Under the pieces are notes generated by a model. It had not been told where the DNA came from. It searched no databases and saw only the letters and a program-made list of their open reading frames with translations. DNA of 64,000 bases from Asterias rubens (lineage: Eukaryota). Where the stretch lies: positions 17,856,001 through 17,920,000 of the forward strand of contig NC_047067.1 of NCBI RefSeq assembly GCF_902459465.1. Reading direction: 5' to 3'. Positions 33,523 to 47,412 of this stretch are shown piece after piece; the first letter of the stretch is position 1; each line of letters starts with the position of its first letter. Position numbers and translations under genes: made by a program.

Positions 33523-33879
33523 AACAGTGGACACTATTGGTAATTACTCAAACTAATTATTAGCATTAAACCTTATTTGGGAACGAGTTATGGGGAGCTG
33601 TTGGTAGTATAAAACATCGTGAGAAACGGCTCCCTCTGAAGTAATGTAGTTTTCGAAAAAAGAAGTAATTTTTCACGAATTTGATTTCGAGACCCCAGAA
33701 TTAGATTTTGAAGAAATCAAGCATCTGAAAGCACACAACTTCCTGTGACAAGGGTGTTTTATCTCGCAACTTCGACGACCAATTGAGTTCAAACTTTCAC
33801 ATTTTTTTTTTATGCATACGTTGAGATACACCAAGTGAGAAGACTGGTATTTGACAATTACCAATACTGTCCAGTGTCT
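33523..33879 (-). mobile_element. K-A MITE
   Basis: Reverse copy, one hairpin arm partly deleted. Confidence 0.88.
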
Positions 33880-34427
33880 TTAACCTTGATATGGCCCCTC
33901 TTTCCGATAGGAGTATATCAGTGTTCTGTCCTCGTGTCAAGCATAATCAGTGCCGGACAACTATTCTTAGTTCAGATATCAAGAAACGCCTAGGTTACCA
34001 AACAGTTCATCTCGTATTGGCATAAATACTTATACCGTGATTTGAACCATCTCCTTTTAGCGTGGCGGATCAAAACAGCTCGACCCATTGTTGTTTATTC
34101 GATATCTCACCATTAAATCAAAATGATTTTTGAAGAATCCCTAACTTGTGAAGTACCCAAAGTGCTAAAGCGCAGCGTAGCCCGTGGCGTAAGAAAACTT
34201 CCTATAATAGCCATTACTCTAATGCATGGATAAAGCCAAGTCAACTTGTAGATCAGACGAAACCCTGAAACCCCCCTCGACTATAAACCATTGTCTGATC
34301 AATACTTCCTGGAACTTCAACAATTCACATGGGCCTAAAAAAATAATTTGTCTTGAAAACACCCACAAGGTATGGAAATGACGAAGATATGGTCTGATTT
34401 ACCTGTCAAACGCATAAAGAGAATAGC

Positions 34428-34604
34428 CAGGTCTGCATGCTTCGTTCTAGAAAGAGCAAGGACAAAAAGGCATTTTATCCTTGGTCAAGGGCACCCTATT
34501 ATGAGAAAATTAAATTTATACTGGGGCATTTCAGGGGCACCAAGGCAACGACCAGTGGGCATGGAGGCAATCGCCTTTGTTGCATCCGTGAAGTATCAGG
34601 TCTG
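34428..34604. mobile_element. Small CAGG-terminated dispersed repeat (second copy at 56873-57056)
   Basis: CAGG(T/C)CTGCATGCTTC...GGCACCAAGGCAA...GAAGTATCAGGTCT shared by both copies; TSD not established. Confidence 0.6.
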
Positions 34605-34825
34605 GGCAGGTGTGGTCACGTGTAGTTTTTTTCCAATTCAAAAGAAAACAATTATTTACTTTTAAAACGAACCCTAAACCTTGGTCAAAAGGGCCTATTG
34701 AATGCCCCCAGGACGCGTAAACCTAGAATGTAATTTTTATCATTATTACAATATTTGCTATTTTAAAACTCAGATTTCGCGTAAGTTCCGCATAGCTTGT
34801 GGGTCATATATATACTAACCAATAA

Positions 34826-35142
34826 ATTGGTAATGGGGAGAGGTTGATAGCATAAAACATTGTGAGAAACGGCTCCCTCTGAAGTGACGTAGTTTTCGAG
34901 AAAGAAGTAATTTTTCCATGAATTTGATTTGAGTCCTCAGAATTAGCCTTTGAGGTCTCGAAATCAAGCATCTGAAAGCACATAACTTCGTGTGACAAGG
35001 GTGTTTTTTCTTTCATTAATATCTCGCAACTTCGAAGACCAATCAAGCTAAAATTTTCACAGGTTTGTTATTTTATGCATATGTTGAAATGCACCAAGTG
35101 AGAGGACTGGTCTTTGACAATTACCAAAAGTGTCCAGGGTCT
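34826..35142 (-). mobile_element. K-A MITE lacking one terminus
   Basis: Family sequence from GGTAATGGGGAGAGG to GTGTCCAGGGTCT|ttaa. Confidence 0.85.
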
Positions 35143-35944
35143 TTAAACCTAAATAAGTTTGGCACTTGTACATACATAATTAATTTGCCATTGTTCATTT
35201 GCAAACTGTTGGTTTGACTACCACTCAAACAATTACAGATAATTGTTACAACCTGTTCGGAAATAACTTTACCAATAGTTCCAGCCGGCGTGTCATGCCG
35301 GTGTGACTTTTATGTTGGCCCGCTGTGTATTCGATTGACCAAAAGCAACTACATCCGCAATAAAACTAATCTAATATGATTACAATGTTTTTCCTTTTTG
35401 TATGTGCCTGATGTCATAAAGTTGTTATGGTAATTGTTAAGTGTATTGCCCACAGTCCACGGTACGCGATAAGGGGTTTTAATGCGGTGTTCCAAGGTTG
35501 TGGGTGGGGTAGTTAATCTGCTACCAGTATGTGCGTGGCTTCATGGACCATACCGCAAAAAAAAAGACAAATATGTACAAAACGCAAGAAGCGAAGTATT
35601 AGGAATCTTTCAAACTTTCCTAATGACACGAGTAACATGAACTTTTTGTATAATCAACTTCGTTATGTTGATTTTATTTCCATATGGTTACGAGGTTTGT
35701 TTGAAGGCCGAATATTACTCTAAGTTACATGTTTTGGGCTGTATGGAATTTCAACAATGTGATAAAAAAAATTGAAATACGATTTGGGGGAAGGGATCAC
35801 AAGGGAGTTTGGAAAGAACGCACCAAACAAATATGAAAATTAATTCTTAAATTATTTTGGGGTAAAACAAATACAACTAGTCATCGTTTCCTTTTCACAG
35901 TAGAAGCATGATTTGATGTCGATGAAATGATTAATGCACTTTAA

Positions 35945-36328
35945 AGGCAGTGGACACTATTGGTAATTACTCATAATAATTACTAGCATAAAACCTTACT
36001 TGGTGTTGAGTAATGGGGAGAGGTTGATAGTATAAAACATTGTGAGAAACGGCTCACTCTGAAGTAACATAGCTGTCGAAAAAAAAGAAGTAATTTTCCA
36101 CTAATTTGATTTCGAGACCTCAGAATTAGATTTTGAGGTCTCAAAATCAAGCATCGGAAAGCACACAAATTTGTGGTGTGACAGGGGTGTTTTTTCTTTC
36201 AAAGTTATCTCGAAACTTCAACGACCAATTGAGCTCAAATTTTCACAGGTTTGTTATTTTATACATATGTTGAGATACACCAAGTGAGAAGACTGGTCTT
36301 TGACAATTACCAATAGTATCCAGTGTCT
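35945..36328 (-). mobile_element. K-A MITE
   Basis: TTAA-flanked. Confidence 0.9.
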
Positions 36329-37477
36329 TTAAATTACAAAACAAAGTAATTTGTGTTTTGTCAGAAAACCAAATTGATAATAATCTCCGCTGACACGGTT
36401 TTTTTTATTTAAGAAAAGTGAAATGAAAGTACTAAGAGTTCTTGCTAATTTATGTTGCGTTTAGTAAATCAACTTTTGAATATTGAGCTACCAACATTGT
36501 GACAACAGGCAGTTTCATTTTCGCGTTTTGTTTTTTTGTAAATTAAATTTCGTTGAAGTATGTAGCTCTAAACGGCAACTAAAAATGGGGGGGGGGGGGG
36601 GCACCATAAATTAATTCCACTGACATTTTGAATATTTCCCATTCCACCAATCAGTGACAGACTTTTGGTATGTCTGGCACCGCAATGTTTGACTTTTTGA
36701 GCAGACATCAGTTGGAATGTCGATAAAAAAACACGTTATTTTTAATGAACTGGATGATACGTTTTATCCAGTGTGTGTGTTGAGTTCTGTGTATAGGCCC
36801 TAATTGGTTGGAACTGTGCAACCTTGGAACTGCCTGCATTGACAGTTTACTCGGTACCATAAGATGGTATATATCCTTTGCAGCCTTTCAGCTGTTCGGG
36901 TCCCTGGTTCGAATCCCTATTATTTCGTGGGTTAGGGTGTTCTTTCTACCTACACAACTGACATCACCGTCTGTATATTTACAGTCTGGGTTACTCACTT
37001 TTGCAAATCCCATATAGATAATTTTTATTAGATTGATAACCACAAATATTTAAATATTTTTAATAATAATAATAATATGCATTCATCGAACACTGCCCAT
37101 AAACAGAAGAGTTCATTTATTCCTACCCCTAAACACACCATACACCCATCTTGGCAAAATATCACCAAATTGGGTGATCATGCTTTTGAGATACCATTTG
37201 CGCGGTCGTGTATAGTTTAAATCTATTTGACAATCGAAATAAAAATTGAGAGCTGAAGGACAGCTCTCCAAAGTTCAATCAGACAGAGATGTTGTCATGA
37301 TTGTAAAATTGACTGTTCTGTTATCAAATTAAAAGTTATTTTGCGGTTGGGGGATGACCAACTAGAGTGACAAAGCAGCAATTGTAAGGATCCATGATTT
37401 TATGCTCTGGTAACTATTACATAAATGCACGGGTACCAGTGTGGTTTCTTAATGGCTTCACTAAAGATACCACTCGT

Positions 37478-37537
37478 CGGTGAAACAAAACAAACAAACA
37501 AACAAACAAAACAAACAAACAAAACAAACAAACAAAC
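37478..37537. repeat. (AAAC)n microsatellite
   Basis: Direct reading. Confidence 0.9.
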
Positions 37538-37636
37538 ATGAGTGTCAGATGTCTAAGAGACAATTTTGTGAAAAGCCAAAACTTAACAGGATACCAGATG
37601 AAGATGGTGCATGTGAAAATGTAATTCGGTTGGTGA

Positions 37637-37961
37637 AGGCAGTGTCCACTTTTGGTAATTTACTACTCTACCTGTGTCCAAAATAACTTACTTTGTAAAG
37701 AGCAGTGTAGATCTGCTCATATCTTTGTTAGAAATGACCTTATTTGAAGTTATATAAATAGTAGGTTCACCCGAATGTTTGAATCCAAGATGGCGGGCAT
37801 CTGACGCAGTTCTATGTAACATTTTGTTCCTTATCTGTTTTTCTTTCACCTTCGATGACATTGATTTAACATGTTCACATGTTTGTTATTGAGTGCATAG
37901 GTTAGGATCCACCAAGTAAGGATACTGGTCTTTGACAATTATTAAAAGTCTCGTCTTGCCT
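37637..37961 (-). mobile_element. Old, diverged relative of K-A
   Basis: AGGCAGTG...GGTAATT at the left end, CTGGTCTTTGACAATT...GCCT|ttaa at the right end; interior highly diverged. Confidence 0.55.
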
Positions 37962-38532
37962 TTAAGAGGACTTGTGCTTTGTAAGTGAACAAAAGTTCAG
38001 ATGTGCAAACCGACATCGTACACACTTAGAAGTCCATGATCCAAACAGCATATTGTGTGTATCATTGCGTCCCTTTGGGAAGTAACCTAATATACACGAC
38101 ACTTGTATAGTTTGTTAACACGGCCAGGTACATGGTTTACACACTTGACAAGTTTGGTCAATCCTGAGAAGAATAATCACCACACAAACATTTGCCGTTT
38201 ATTAAAAACACAACCGTTTATCCCCCTTCCGCAAAATATGCCCACGTTTCAAAGTTGAGGCGACCACTTTATAAGAGCACCCCCCCCCTTACCCGAGCCA
38301 CAGTTACTTAGTATAAACGTCCTATGTACAATCCAACCTTCGTTTAGTCACTGCTGGTTTTAAAAACATTAATTTCCTTCCCCTCCTTTCCACTTCGTTG
38401 GACCTACTCTCGGCGGGCCTTTAGAGAGAAAGTGTGGATAACTATATATAGGAAAAGGCGGGAAAGCTGGGACAACAAAATATAAAATTGTAGGAAGTTC
38501 CTTACGATAAGATGTTGTGTAAGTATACTCAC

Positions 38533-38612
38533 CACCACAGTCCAATGATGTTCGTCGGTAAGATGAGAAAGAACAGAAGTCCAACAACAAAGTTACTCGA
38601 ACTCCGTACCAT
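38533..38612 (-). CDS. WNT6: Wnt6 exon 1 (signal peptide)
   Basis: Not in the ORF track. Minus-strand ATG at 38612: MVRSSSNFVVGLLFFLILPTNIIGLW-TG|gtgagt; hydrophobic signal peptide ending GLWW, and phase 2 joins exon 2 to give GLWWAVGSPL as in vertebrate Wnt6. Confidence 0.9.
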
Positions 38613-40704
38613 TGTTATAGTACTTGCAAACTCTCCCCAGTCGCACAAAACTCAATCAGCAAACACAGCAAGATGACTCAAATACTGGGAGGGGGTAAAC
38701 TGGTAAGGGATGGGACACAGTTATCGATGTGGAGTGTTTTAAGCAGTTACTGGCATACGGATTTGATCACTTTGCTGAGCTATGTGGGATCCACCGCGGC
38801 TATGCTATACACGGTGATTAATCTATCCACAGGAGTAAGCGGAGAACTTGGCAATCGGGCGGCGGGGCAATGAGGGAATTCCTCCCCGGCGCAGTCTGGA
38901 TCAAGTGCTGACAAGTCTTCACGAACTTCGATGTAGGCCCCCACACGCTTCAATTTCTAGCCGCAGCTTCAAACACATTAAACTCAAGTATTTTCCCACA
39001 CTGTCTTAATGTTTTTTGCACACAAAAAAGGGAAAAGTAAAGCTGATACAAAAAATGCTATTAAAATGAGAACAGAAGATGCTGAAAAATACTCCGTAGT
39101 CAGCGTTGGTTCCCGTGACGTCGAAAGGGTGAAATCGTTGCGTTGTTTTCCGGTTGCTATTTTTCAATGTGTAGGCCAACGTACTAATTGACTTTTTCTA
39201 GCGGTTAGGCTTCTTCAGAAGTTACGTTTATTCTGCACATGGTTCCTAAACTACCTCGTGGTTTTATGTGAAAAGAGGGAGAGGAAAAAACTAGAAGATG
39301 TACACGTGTTACGTATAATCCACAAGTGTAGTACTTGAGGCTTTAATCTGAGGGGCTGGTATCTACCGCGAGAAGTCATGAAGGTTTCGATCTCCGTTAA
39401 TCCCTCCTTGAGTTGAGTATGATTTACGCGAAGGGGGCTGTCTGAACGTCTTGGCAACAAACCACACACAAACTATGTTGTCTCCTCATCGTGTGCACTG
39501 CTGCTCACAAGTGGCTCACCGCTTTAAAATGAAGTATCCTTTTGGCATTGTGGTCGTCCAATTGCTGCGAATGTTCCGGTGTAAAAAACATGCTATCTTT
39601 TTTCCCCCTTCTTGGTTTTGGAAGTCCGTTTTTATTTCATAACGTGGACGTCAGGATCAAAGCTTGGCATTATGTCAATCAGTGTGTGTCAATGACGAGG
39701 CGAGGTGGCCCGTTTTGACCTTAACCAAACTCCACTCTCCTACTTCTGAGTGAGACAGTCCCCTAATTTCACTCTCTCACTATTTCTCTCCAATTCTCCT
39801 AAGACTGATGGCCCTTCGTCTTAGCTGTTGAATTTCCGAAGTGATTCACAAACAAATTCTTTTGTGTGCGCTGGAGGAAGTCAACATTTCAATCAGAAAA
39901 ACAAAATCAGTGTTTACTACAGCTACATGTGAATCCACAAAGTAAGACAAGTACCAATTTAATAAAATATTGCTTGCTACTCATCATAAGAAATAGCCAC
40001 AATTGTGTCAGGAGAGTGTTCAATAAAACTGTGATTTTTGCTCAGTATGACTACAACTGTGATATTTCCCTCAGTAAAGTTCCTCGTGAAGTGACCGTTT
40101 ACCTGACGACGCTGGGGTACAGCCACGCGGCAAAGTGCACGGTAGATCTCGCTGTCCATCCACGCCACTGAGGTTTCGACAAAACCGTGACCCGGGACTG
40201 TGAACATTCCATTGCCAGATATCGCTCAAATCAGAGGCACACCGCACCCGCCGGATTAGGCCCAAGTGCCATAAAACAAATTGATAAAAATGGTTTATGA
40301 CCCGATAGGACAAACTCTATGTTTAGTCATTGTAAGCAGCTGACATTGTTATTATTATTAGACAATCATTGTATACGTAGCAGTCCATTGTTCCTCATTC
40401 ACAATAACTAGCTTATATTTAGAGTCTTTGGTCACAAGGTAGGACCCCAAGAATCTCAAAGTGTTCCAATTACGCGCGATGTTTGCATGAGCCATGAATT
40501 GATGACCCTCATTTTAACAACAACAGCACAACGAAATGTGTGTACCATTTGTTTTAGGGGAAGCGCTACTTTTCAGACGAGAGTGCTGACTTACTAATCG
40601 ATTTCTTTGTCAATTTATTCTGAAAATTAACATGCAAAAAGGTGGCAAATTAACGAAAAATGTTAGGCGTGCTCCTTGCTGCTTTGACTTCAGTTCAGTT
40701 TCTC

Positions 40705-41048
40705 ATTATTGGCAATAAAACCTTTCTTGGTGACGAGTAATGGGGAGAGGTTGATGGTATAAAACATTGTGAGAAACGGCTCCCTCTGTAGTGCCATAGT
40801 TTTAGAGAAAGAAGTAATTTTCCACGAATTTGATTTCGATACCTCAGATTTAGAACTTGAGGTCTCGAAATCAACCATCTAAACGCACACAACTTCGTGT
40901 GACAAGGGTTATTTTCTTTCATTATTATCTCGCAACTTCGATGACCGATTGAGCTCAAATTTTCACAGGTTTGTTATTTTATGCATATGTTGAGATACAC
41001 CAACTGCGAAGGCTAGTCTTTGACAATTACCAATAGTGTCCACTGCCT
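40705..41048 (-). mobile_element. K-A MITE lacking one terminus
   Basis: Ends GTGTCCACTGCCT|ttaa. Confidence 0.87.
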
Positions 41049-41244
41049 TTAACTGACTTTTGGAAATGTCCTTGGTGTCCGTTTTAATGCTGCCCTCAAT
41101 ACGGCCAGAGATGCGATTGGTACCCGTTCTTGATGAAATTACAGTGACAGTTGTTTTCCGTTTTCTCAATTACTATAGGCCTAGACACTGTATTTAACTG
41201 AAACGTTCACAAGTGACTTTTGTTGTATTCTTGATAATTAGATA

Positions 41245-41432
41245 ATAAACCACAACGGAAACCGACTGGGTACAATTTTAACGAATTTGGGATTGACGAA
41301 GAACAATTTTTAAAAAGTGGGATTTGAACCAACGACCTCCGGATTAACGTGCCGGCGCTCATACCAACTGAGCTATCTATCCCTATGTTGGCAGTCTCCA
41401 TTTTGTCAATATTCTTGTTCAGGGGGACCAGT
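41245..41432 (-). mobile_element. tRNA-derived repeat (Asn-like GTT loop)
   Basis: Minus strand TAGCTCAGTTGGT...CCGGCACGTTAATCCGGAGGTCGTTGGTTCAAATCCC; no acceptor stem. Confidence 0.65.
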
Positions 41433-41635
41433 CAGCTTAGGTCTCGAATTCAATTCAAATAATTATTTGAATGCGAAATGAATTCTTTCTCCAAAAATAC
41501 GTTACTTCAGAAGGAGCCGTTGCTCACACTGGTTTTACTATCAACAGCTCTCCATTGCTCGTTACCAAGTAAGCTATTTTGTTATGCAAACAATTAGTCT
41601 ATTGTGAGTAACTACCAATAGTCCAGTGCATGCCT
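41433..41635 (+). mobile_element. K-A MITE right half (starts in the hairpin loop)
   Basis: CAGCTTAGGTCTCGAATTC...GCCT|ttaa. Confidence 0.8.
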
Positions 41636-42306
41636 TTAAGGTTTTCACCAGTCTTCTTTTAATTTGAAGACACCCTTTATAGTTGTCTTTTAAAAAAGTT
41701 GGAAAAGTCGCAACTACACTTTAGAACAATCAATAATTTAAGATTGATGCGAAAAGTCGGGGCATGATTCGACAATTCTGGCATGACTAAGCCAACACAT
41801 GGATGCTATTTGAGTAATTACAAACGAAATCAAAGTGCACAAAATACAAGATTTAGTAATGTGTCGATGAAAAACCTGATTTAAGCAGGAGTAAATAATT
41901 TCAAACATCCTGGTGTTCAGCCGAACAACATATCCTAACACTTGCCCATTTCAATTAAAATCTAATGAGGGAGTCACGTTTTTGAAAAACCGGGGAACGA
42001 TGTTGTTGTTCATACTATAACCTCCTGGAAACGGGGGAAAACAACACAGAATCACACAGTCTTTTCCCGAACACCTTGAAATATTGACATAATATCTTCT
42101 TGGTTGTGGATTCGTAATGAGTCCAATATGCTAGCAATATTTTTTATTTTCTCTCTCATATTAAATTCAATAATGGTCAAACCGAGGCTAGGAGAGCAAA
42201 ATAATCTGACCACATTTTGTGTTGTTGGAATCAGATCCTTTATCGCTATATCACACAGGGAACAAGACAGAAGAAAAGTGGCAGCACCCCTTTCCCCTCA
42301 CATAAT

Positions 42307-42459
42307 GGGTGCGTTCGTTTAGCTTCCCTGGGTCGACCCCGTCGTGTGGCGTTTTTTTTTCTTTCCAGGACGAACGTGTGCAGATAATTACCACGTTTGT
42401 TCTGGAAAAAAACCCGTCACACACCGGGGTAGACCCAGGGCAGCTAAACGAACGCATAC
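42307..42459. mobile_element. Palindromic Harbinger-like MITE (GGGTGCGTTCG TIR)
   Basis: GGGTGCGTTCGTTTAGCTTCCCTGGGTCGACCCCG...CGGGGTAGACCCAGGGCAGCTAAACGAACGCATAC. Confidence 0.8.
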
Positions 42460-42602
42460 ATAGTTTGTTCATGTTAGGGACTTGTCATATTATGAGGAAA
42501 CGTCCGGTCGAGTCCATGGGAAGGAGGCAACCTGGCCTCACTGTTGCATCAAAAAGAGCACTTCGTTTAGCACGAGAGACATTTTTTTCCAGCAGCGTCT
42601 TT

Positions 42603-43151
42603 CACTGCAGAAACTGGGGTGTTCAAATTAACACCATGGGTGTTAGCAAAAGGAAATAAAATTAACAACATTTGGTGTTAAAATATCACTAACTACATAA
42701 TTACATATTATGTGTTTTGTGAACAGCGTGTGTTGTGTTAAAGGCAGTGTGGACACTATTTGAAATTACTCAAAATAATTATTAGCAAAACCTTACCGAG
42801 AAACGGCTCCCTCTGAAGTATTCCGATAAAAAGTAATTTTCCACGGATTTGATTTTGAGACCTCAGATTTAGAATTTGAGGTCTCGAAATCAAGCATCTG
42901 AAAGCACAAAACTTCGTGTGACAAGGGTGTTTTTTCTTTCATTTGTATCTCGCAACTTCGACGACCGATTGAGCTAAAATCTTCACAAGTTTGTTAATTT
43001 ATGCATATGTTGAGATACACCGAGTGAGAAGACTGGTCTTTGACAATTACCGAAGGTGTCCATTGTCTTTAACTTCGAGTTTGATTCCTTCTTGGGAATC
43101 TACGTGACAAAACCCATAGTGTCAATTTTAACACTCACGTTTTTTGCAGTG
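42603..43151. mobile_element. CACTG...CAGTG (EnSpm/CACTA-like) MITE interrupted by a K-A copy
   Basis: CACTGCAGAAACTGGGGTGTTCAAATTAACAC vs GTGTCAATTTTAACACTCACGTTTTTTGCAGTG. Confidence 0.65.
42742..43068 (-). mobile_element. K-A MITE with internal deletion, nested
   Basis: TTAA-flanked inside the CACTG element. Confidence 0.87.
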
Positions 43152-45202
43152 TAGTTTTTCTGAGAAATGTAGGTATAACAATGAAGCTTAGTTTTCATTT
43201 AACTGGCATGCACGAGCAAACAATAATTTGTCAATGTTAAGAGGTATATTGATTGAGAAATATCAAATAATTATTGTTGTCGTCCCGACATTAGCAGACG
43301 TCCATCACCCATGTACAATTATTTGAATGTGATTTGACATGTAGCCTCGTTTTGTATTGCCCATCCAAATGGTCTCGTGATTTTCGTTTTCAAACAGCAT
43401 CTGCAAAACTCGTTCTAAACCTGCGAAAATCTGGCCGAGTAACTTTAACTTTCCTTCGATCAACACTAACTTTGAATTCCCTTCGAAAACAACTCGTTTG
43501 TTTGTTCAATACCATAAAATACATAATCCGCCAGTAATTATCCCACAATTAGATTTAAACCCATAATATAGATTCACCTAATTGGCTGTGAATTCCCTCG
43601 AACCCCCCACCGGTAAATGAACAGACAAGTTCCTGAAAATGCAAAATGTGAGGAAAGATGTAGATTGATGGGAGAGGGGGGAAGTCAAGCCCCCTGTGCT
43701 CTAGACGCTTAGCCCCGTCAAACACCCATTGCCATTTATCTGAAACTCTATCCCCCAACAACCATCCAACATCACCCATAATAATAATCACAGTATAACA
43801 TTTTGTGGCTGGTATTCTGTTAGCAGTTTATGGGGCTTGCAACCGCTCGGCAACCCCATGGAAAGAACAGGGAGCACTTTGGTGGATGTGGGTCCGCGGT
43901 TGGGGCCTTGTTTCTTTTTCTTTTTTAAGTGGAAAAACAGACATTGGGGAATGGGCATTTTATTTTTGTAAATATTGATTGTAACAAGTTCATTACTTTA
44001 TTCCTGATTAGAGCCAGTGGGAGGTCCATATGGTTTTATAGGTTTGGGGTTTGGGACGACGTTACCATTAGCTCTGGGCTAAATGACATTAGGAACGAAC
44101 TTAAACAGTGTACGGTGGCAGGACGGTAGTTCAGTTTCAAGTTTAGTCTTGCCTCAAGACGTTACTTGTGACGTTAGCTAGTGGAACGTGCACTCGCTTC
44201 ATGCTCACTGTGTTTACTTTTCCCTTGTGGTAAAGACACAGACTGAACTTCTTTTTTTTACAACAAAGAAAGGGCAAAATAATTAACATGTCCTGTTTAG
44301 TTTCTTGGTCCACTAAAATAAAACTGTATTTTGACTTTCTGTTTTGATCTTCTATGAGATACCGACAGATGCTACAACATGTCATACACTTCTTGGCAAT
44401 TTCGTGCCGGTCTGCACCAGTGCTCAGAGCAAACCTATAAATCCACATTGTTTACAAGAAATGCAGAACCCCAATCGAAATGCAGTACACTTTAACCAGA
44501 AGAGTATTATGGTTGCAATGCTCATGGATTTACTTATCACTTCCCCTTGCGATGCTGTTTTGACCACCCCCCCCCCACCCCACCTTGAAATAGATTTTTC
44601 TGGAAGGACCAAACTCGATTTGTTTTTCCTCTTGTCGAATCAAAGACGAAAGAAGATATTAATCACAGCTTTGTTATACTGCTTGCCGAAACAAAGTCCA
44701 CAACCACCCCCCCCCCTCCAAAGGATTAGTTTTGTGTGATCACCGACCAATCATTTTATCGGCTACTAAACATTAGCATCCTCGTTTGAACCCAAACTAT
44801 TCTCTCTCTGGACACGACACTGGTTTGATTTACCCAAAACTTATAGAGTTATAGTATTGAGTCCATGGTCCTGTCTCTATGATCTATCTCAAAATGCTTC
44901 GTAAGGGCAGAATGGAGATTGTTTTTTTGATGTTACTCTCACCCTCCCCTCCCCACAATGACCGAGTCCTCACCCCCACACAGTGGACCCCACTGACCCC
45001 AATGACTGCCCGCCCCTCGTGGTTGGTCACCATCTAACCATAAACCGGCGTGAGGGCGCTATTTCATGAGGATCGTTAAATATTAACCCACAGTTTAAAG
45101 GTCTTGAAAATATTGCGCAACCGCAATCATTTATTGCCGAATGTGTTGTATAATAAACTCAAAACAAAACGATTACCAAAAGGGCCAATCGATATAACTT
45201 AG

Positions 45203-45500
45203 AGGCATTGGACACCTTTGGTTATTGTCAAAGACCAGTCTTCTCACTTGATGTATCTTAACTGTTGCAAGAAAAAACAAACCTGTGAAAATTTGTGCTC
45301 AATTGGTCATCGAAGTTGCAAATGAAAGAAAAAACACCATTGTTGCACACATTTGTGAGCTTTCATATGCATATTAAACAGATGCTTTCAGAGGGAGCTG
45401 TTTCTCACGATGTTTAATACTATCAACAGCTCTCCATCGCTAGTTATCAAGTAATTTTGTTATGCTAATGTTTTGAGTAATCACCAATTGTGTCCAGTGA
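45203..45500 (+). mobile_element. K-A MITE subfamily 2, hairpin region deleted
   Basis: GCTTTCATATGC...GATGCTTTCAGAGGGAGC junction lacks the hairpin. Confidence 0.8.
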
Positions 45501-45892
45501 ACAGTTCAAGTACTCTACTGATTTTTATTTCTAACAAATAACGAACGTCTAGCTTCCTCGTCTCTGTGCGTCACTGACTCTCTGACACTACACAATCCTC
45601 CACATAGTCTCGGTGCAAGACGTCCCTATCCTGTGTTTCCACGACCAATAAAAGTCCGCTATCCACCCGATCACGAATTGTCCCAATACAGAACAGAAAC
45701 GTGTTGCATCGAGACTATCCTCCACACCGGTATAGCACACTCACACGGCTTCATAAATCCTGCTTCAATCGCCTGCAACATGTTACGTTCCGTCGTTCCG
45801 GGTGATGTACAATGCACACGCGAGCAAAGATCAGCCGCGCTCTTTCGTTCCGGCAATAAATCGCTGTATCCAGCAAGTAGATACGAGCCTAA

Positions 45893-45895
<3 letters not shown>

Positions 45896-45924
<29 letters not shown>
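45896..45924. repeat. Poly(G)29
   Basis: Direct count. Confidence 0.95.
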
Positions 45925-46350
45925 TGACGGGTCGATTGTCAAGTGCAGGAAGAGTCGGTCGTGATGATCTGCCAAACTTAAAGGCACAGTGTATATGAAA
46001 CATTATGTATTGGTCTAGAAAGCACTCAGTCAGGCTGTCTTGTCGATTGGACGATTGGAGATAGTTCAAATAGTATAACAAACGGTCTTTCTAAGAATGA
46101 ATAGTCCTCATAAAAGAGATTCGTACAGGGTTGTACCCGCATACAATCATTACTTCCTAAACCCATGGAAAAAGGACCCACTAATGGTCAATCTAATTCC
46201 CTGAATAATTATTGAAAACATACGCACAGTCTGTTATTATAAAGTACACAGTCATTAATTGTTCGAATGCTAACAAAAGTAGCAAATTTATTTATTTTCC
46301 TTTACAAAGGAACATAAATATAGGATGATTCAATCACACAACTGTCTTAA

Positions 46351-46726
46351 AGACAGGGGACACTATTGGTGATTGTCAAAGACCAGTTTTCTCACTTGCT
46401 GTATCTCAACATAATATGCATAAAATAACAAACCTGTGAAAATTTGAGCTCAATCGGTCGTCGAAGTTGCGAGATAAAAATGCAAGAAAAAAAAACACCC
46501 TTGTCACACGAAGTTATGTGCTTTCAGATGCTTGATTTCGAGACCTCAAATTCTAAATCTGAGGTCTTGAAATCAAATTCGTGTAAAATGACTTTTTCTC
46601 GGACTACTTCAGAGGGAGCCGTTTCTCACAATGTTTTATACTATCAACCTCTCCCCCTTACTCGTTACCAAGTAAGTTTTTATGCTAATAATTATTTTGA
46701 GTAACTACCAATAGTGTCCACTGCCT
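46351..46726 (+). mobile_element. K-A MITE
   Basis: TTAA-flanked. Confidence 0.9.
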
Positions 46727-47412
46727 TTAAATGTGTATATTTGTTTCCATTCCCGTTGATAACCAGAGCAAAATTACGTTTTTAAAGTATAGTTAAAACA
46801 TTTTTTTAGAATGATGCATTTTATGCCTATGTGTTCTACGGCTGTTAATTAGCACATGCAGTATACAACCATGTATGGTTAGCCTATGTAGTTTCGATTG
46901 AAAGTGCATGCCTTGCCCATCTGTGCTTAATATTTCTTCACTATTTTTATTTTTTAGTGCAAGCACTTTTTGTTTTATTTCATACTCACAACAAACCACG
47001 ATTATACAAAACAAAATAGAGGACAAAATGTAGAAACCTCATCAAGAAACAATTTCAATTTGGTATACAGATATAAGATTCTCTGATTTTAGAAAATAAT
47101 TTTCTCGCACATGGCAGTACTTCAAATCAGGAAAACTTGTTGTACTCAAGAAACTTTATTAAATGTGTTCCTGTTTTTACAAAATGATGTACAACCCCTT
47201 TAAGATTAATAAGTAGGCCTATATCAAGTTATAGATTAATCTTCCTTGTTATCCTTCTTAGTAAGTTGTGTAGCGGAAGTTATGCAGTTGTTTGGGCGTG
47301 TTGTGTCTGGTTCTATGCTCGTGTGTCAGTGACAAACGCGAGCGATGAACTAGTTTGACGTATGGGATGCGCTGACATTGCGTCTGAAATAATGGCTCTG
47401 TAAGTAGGTTAA

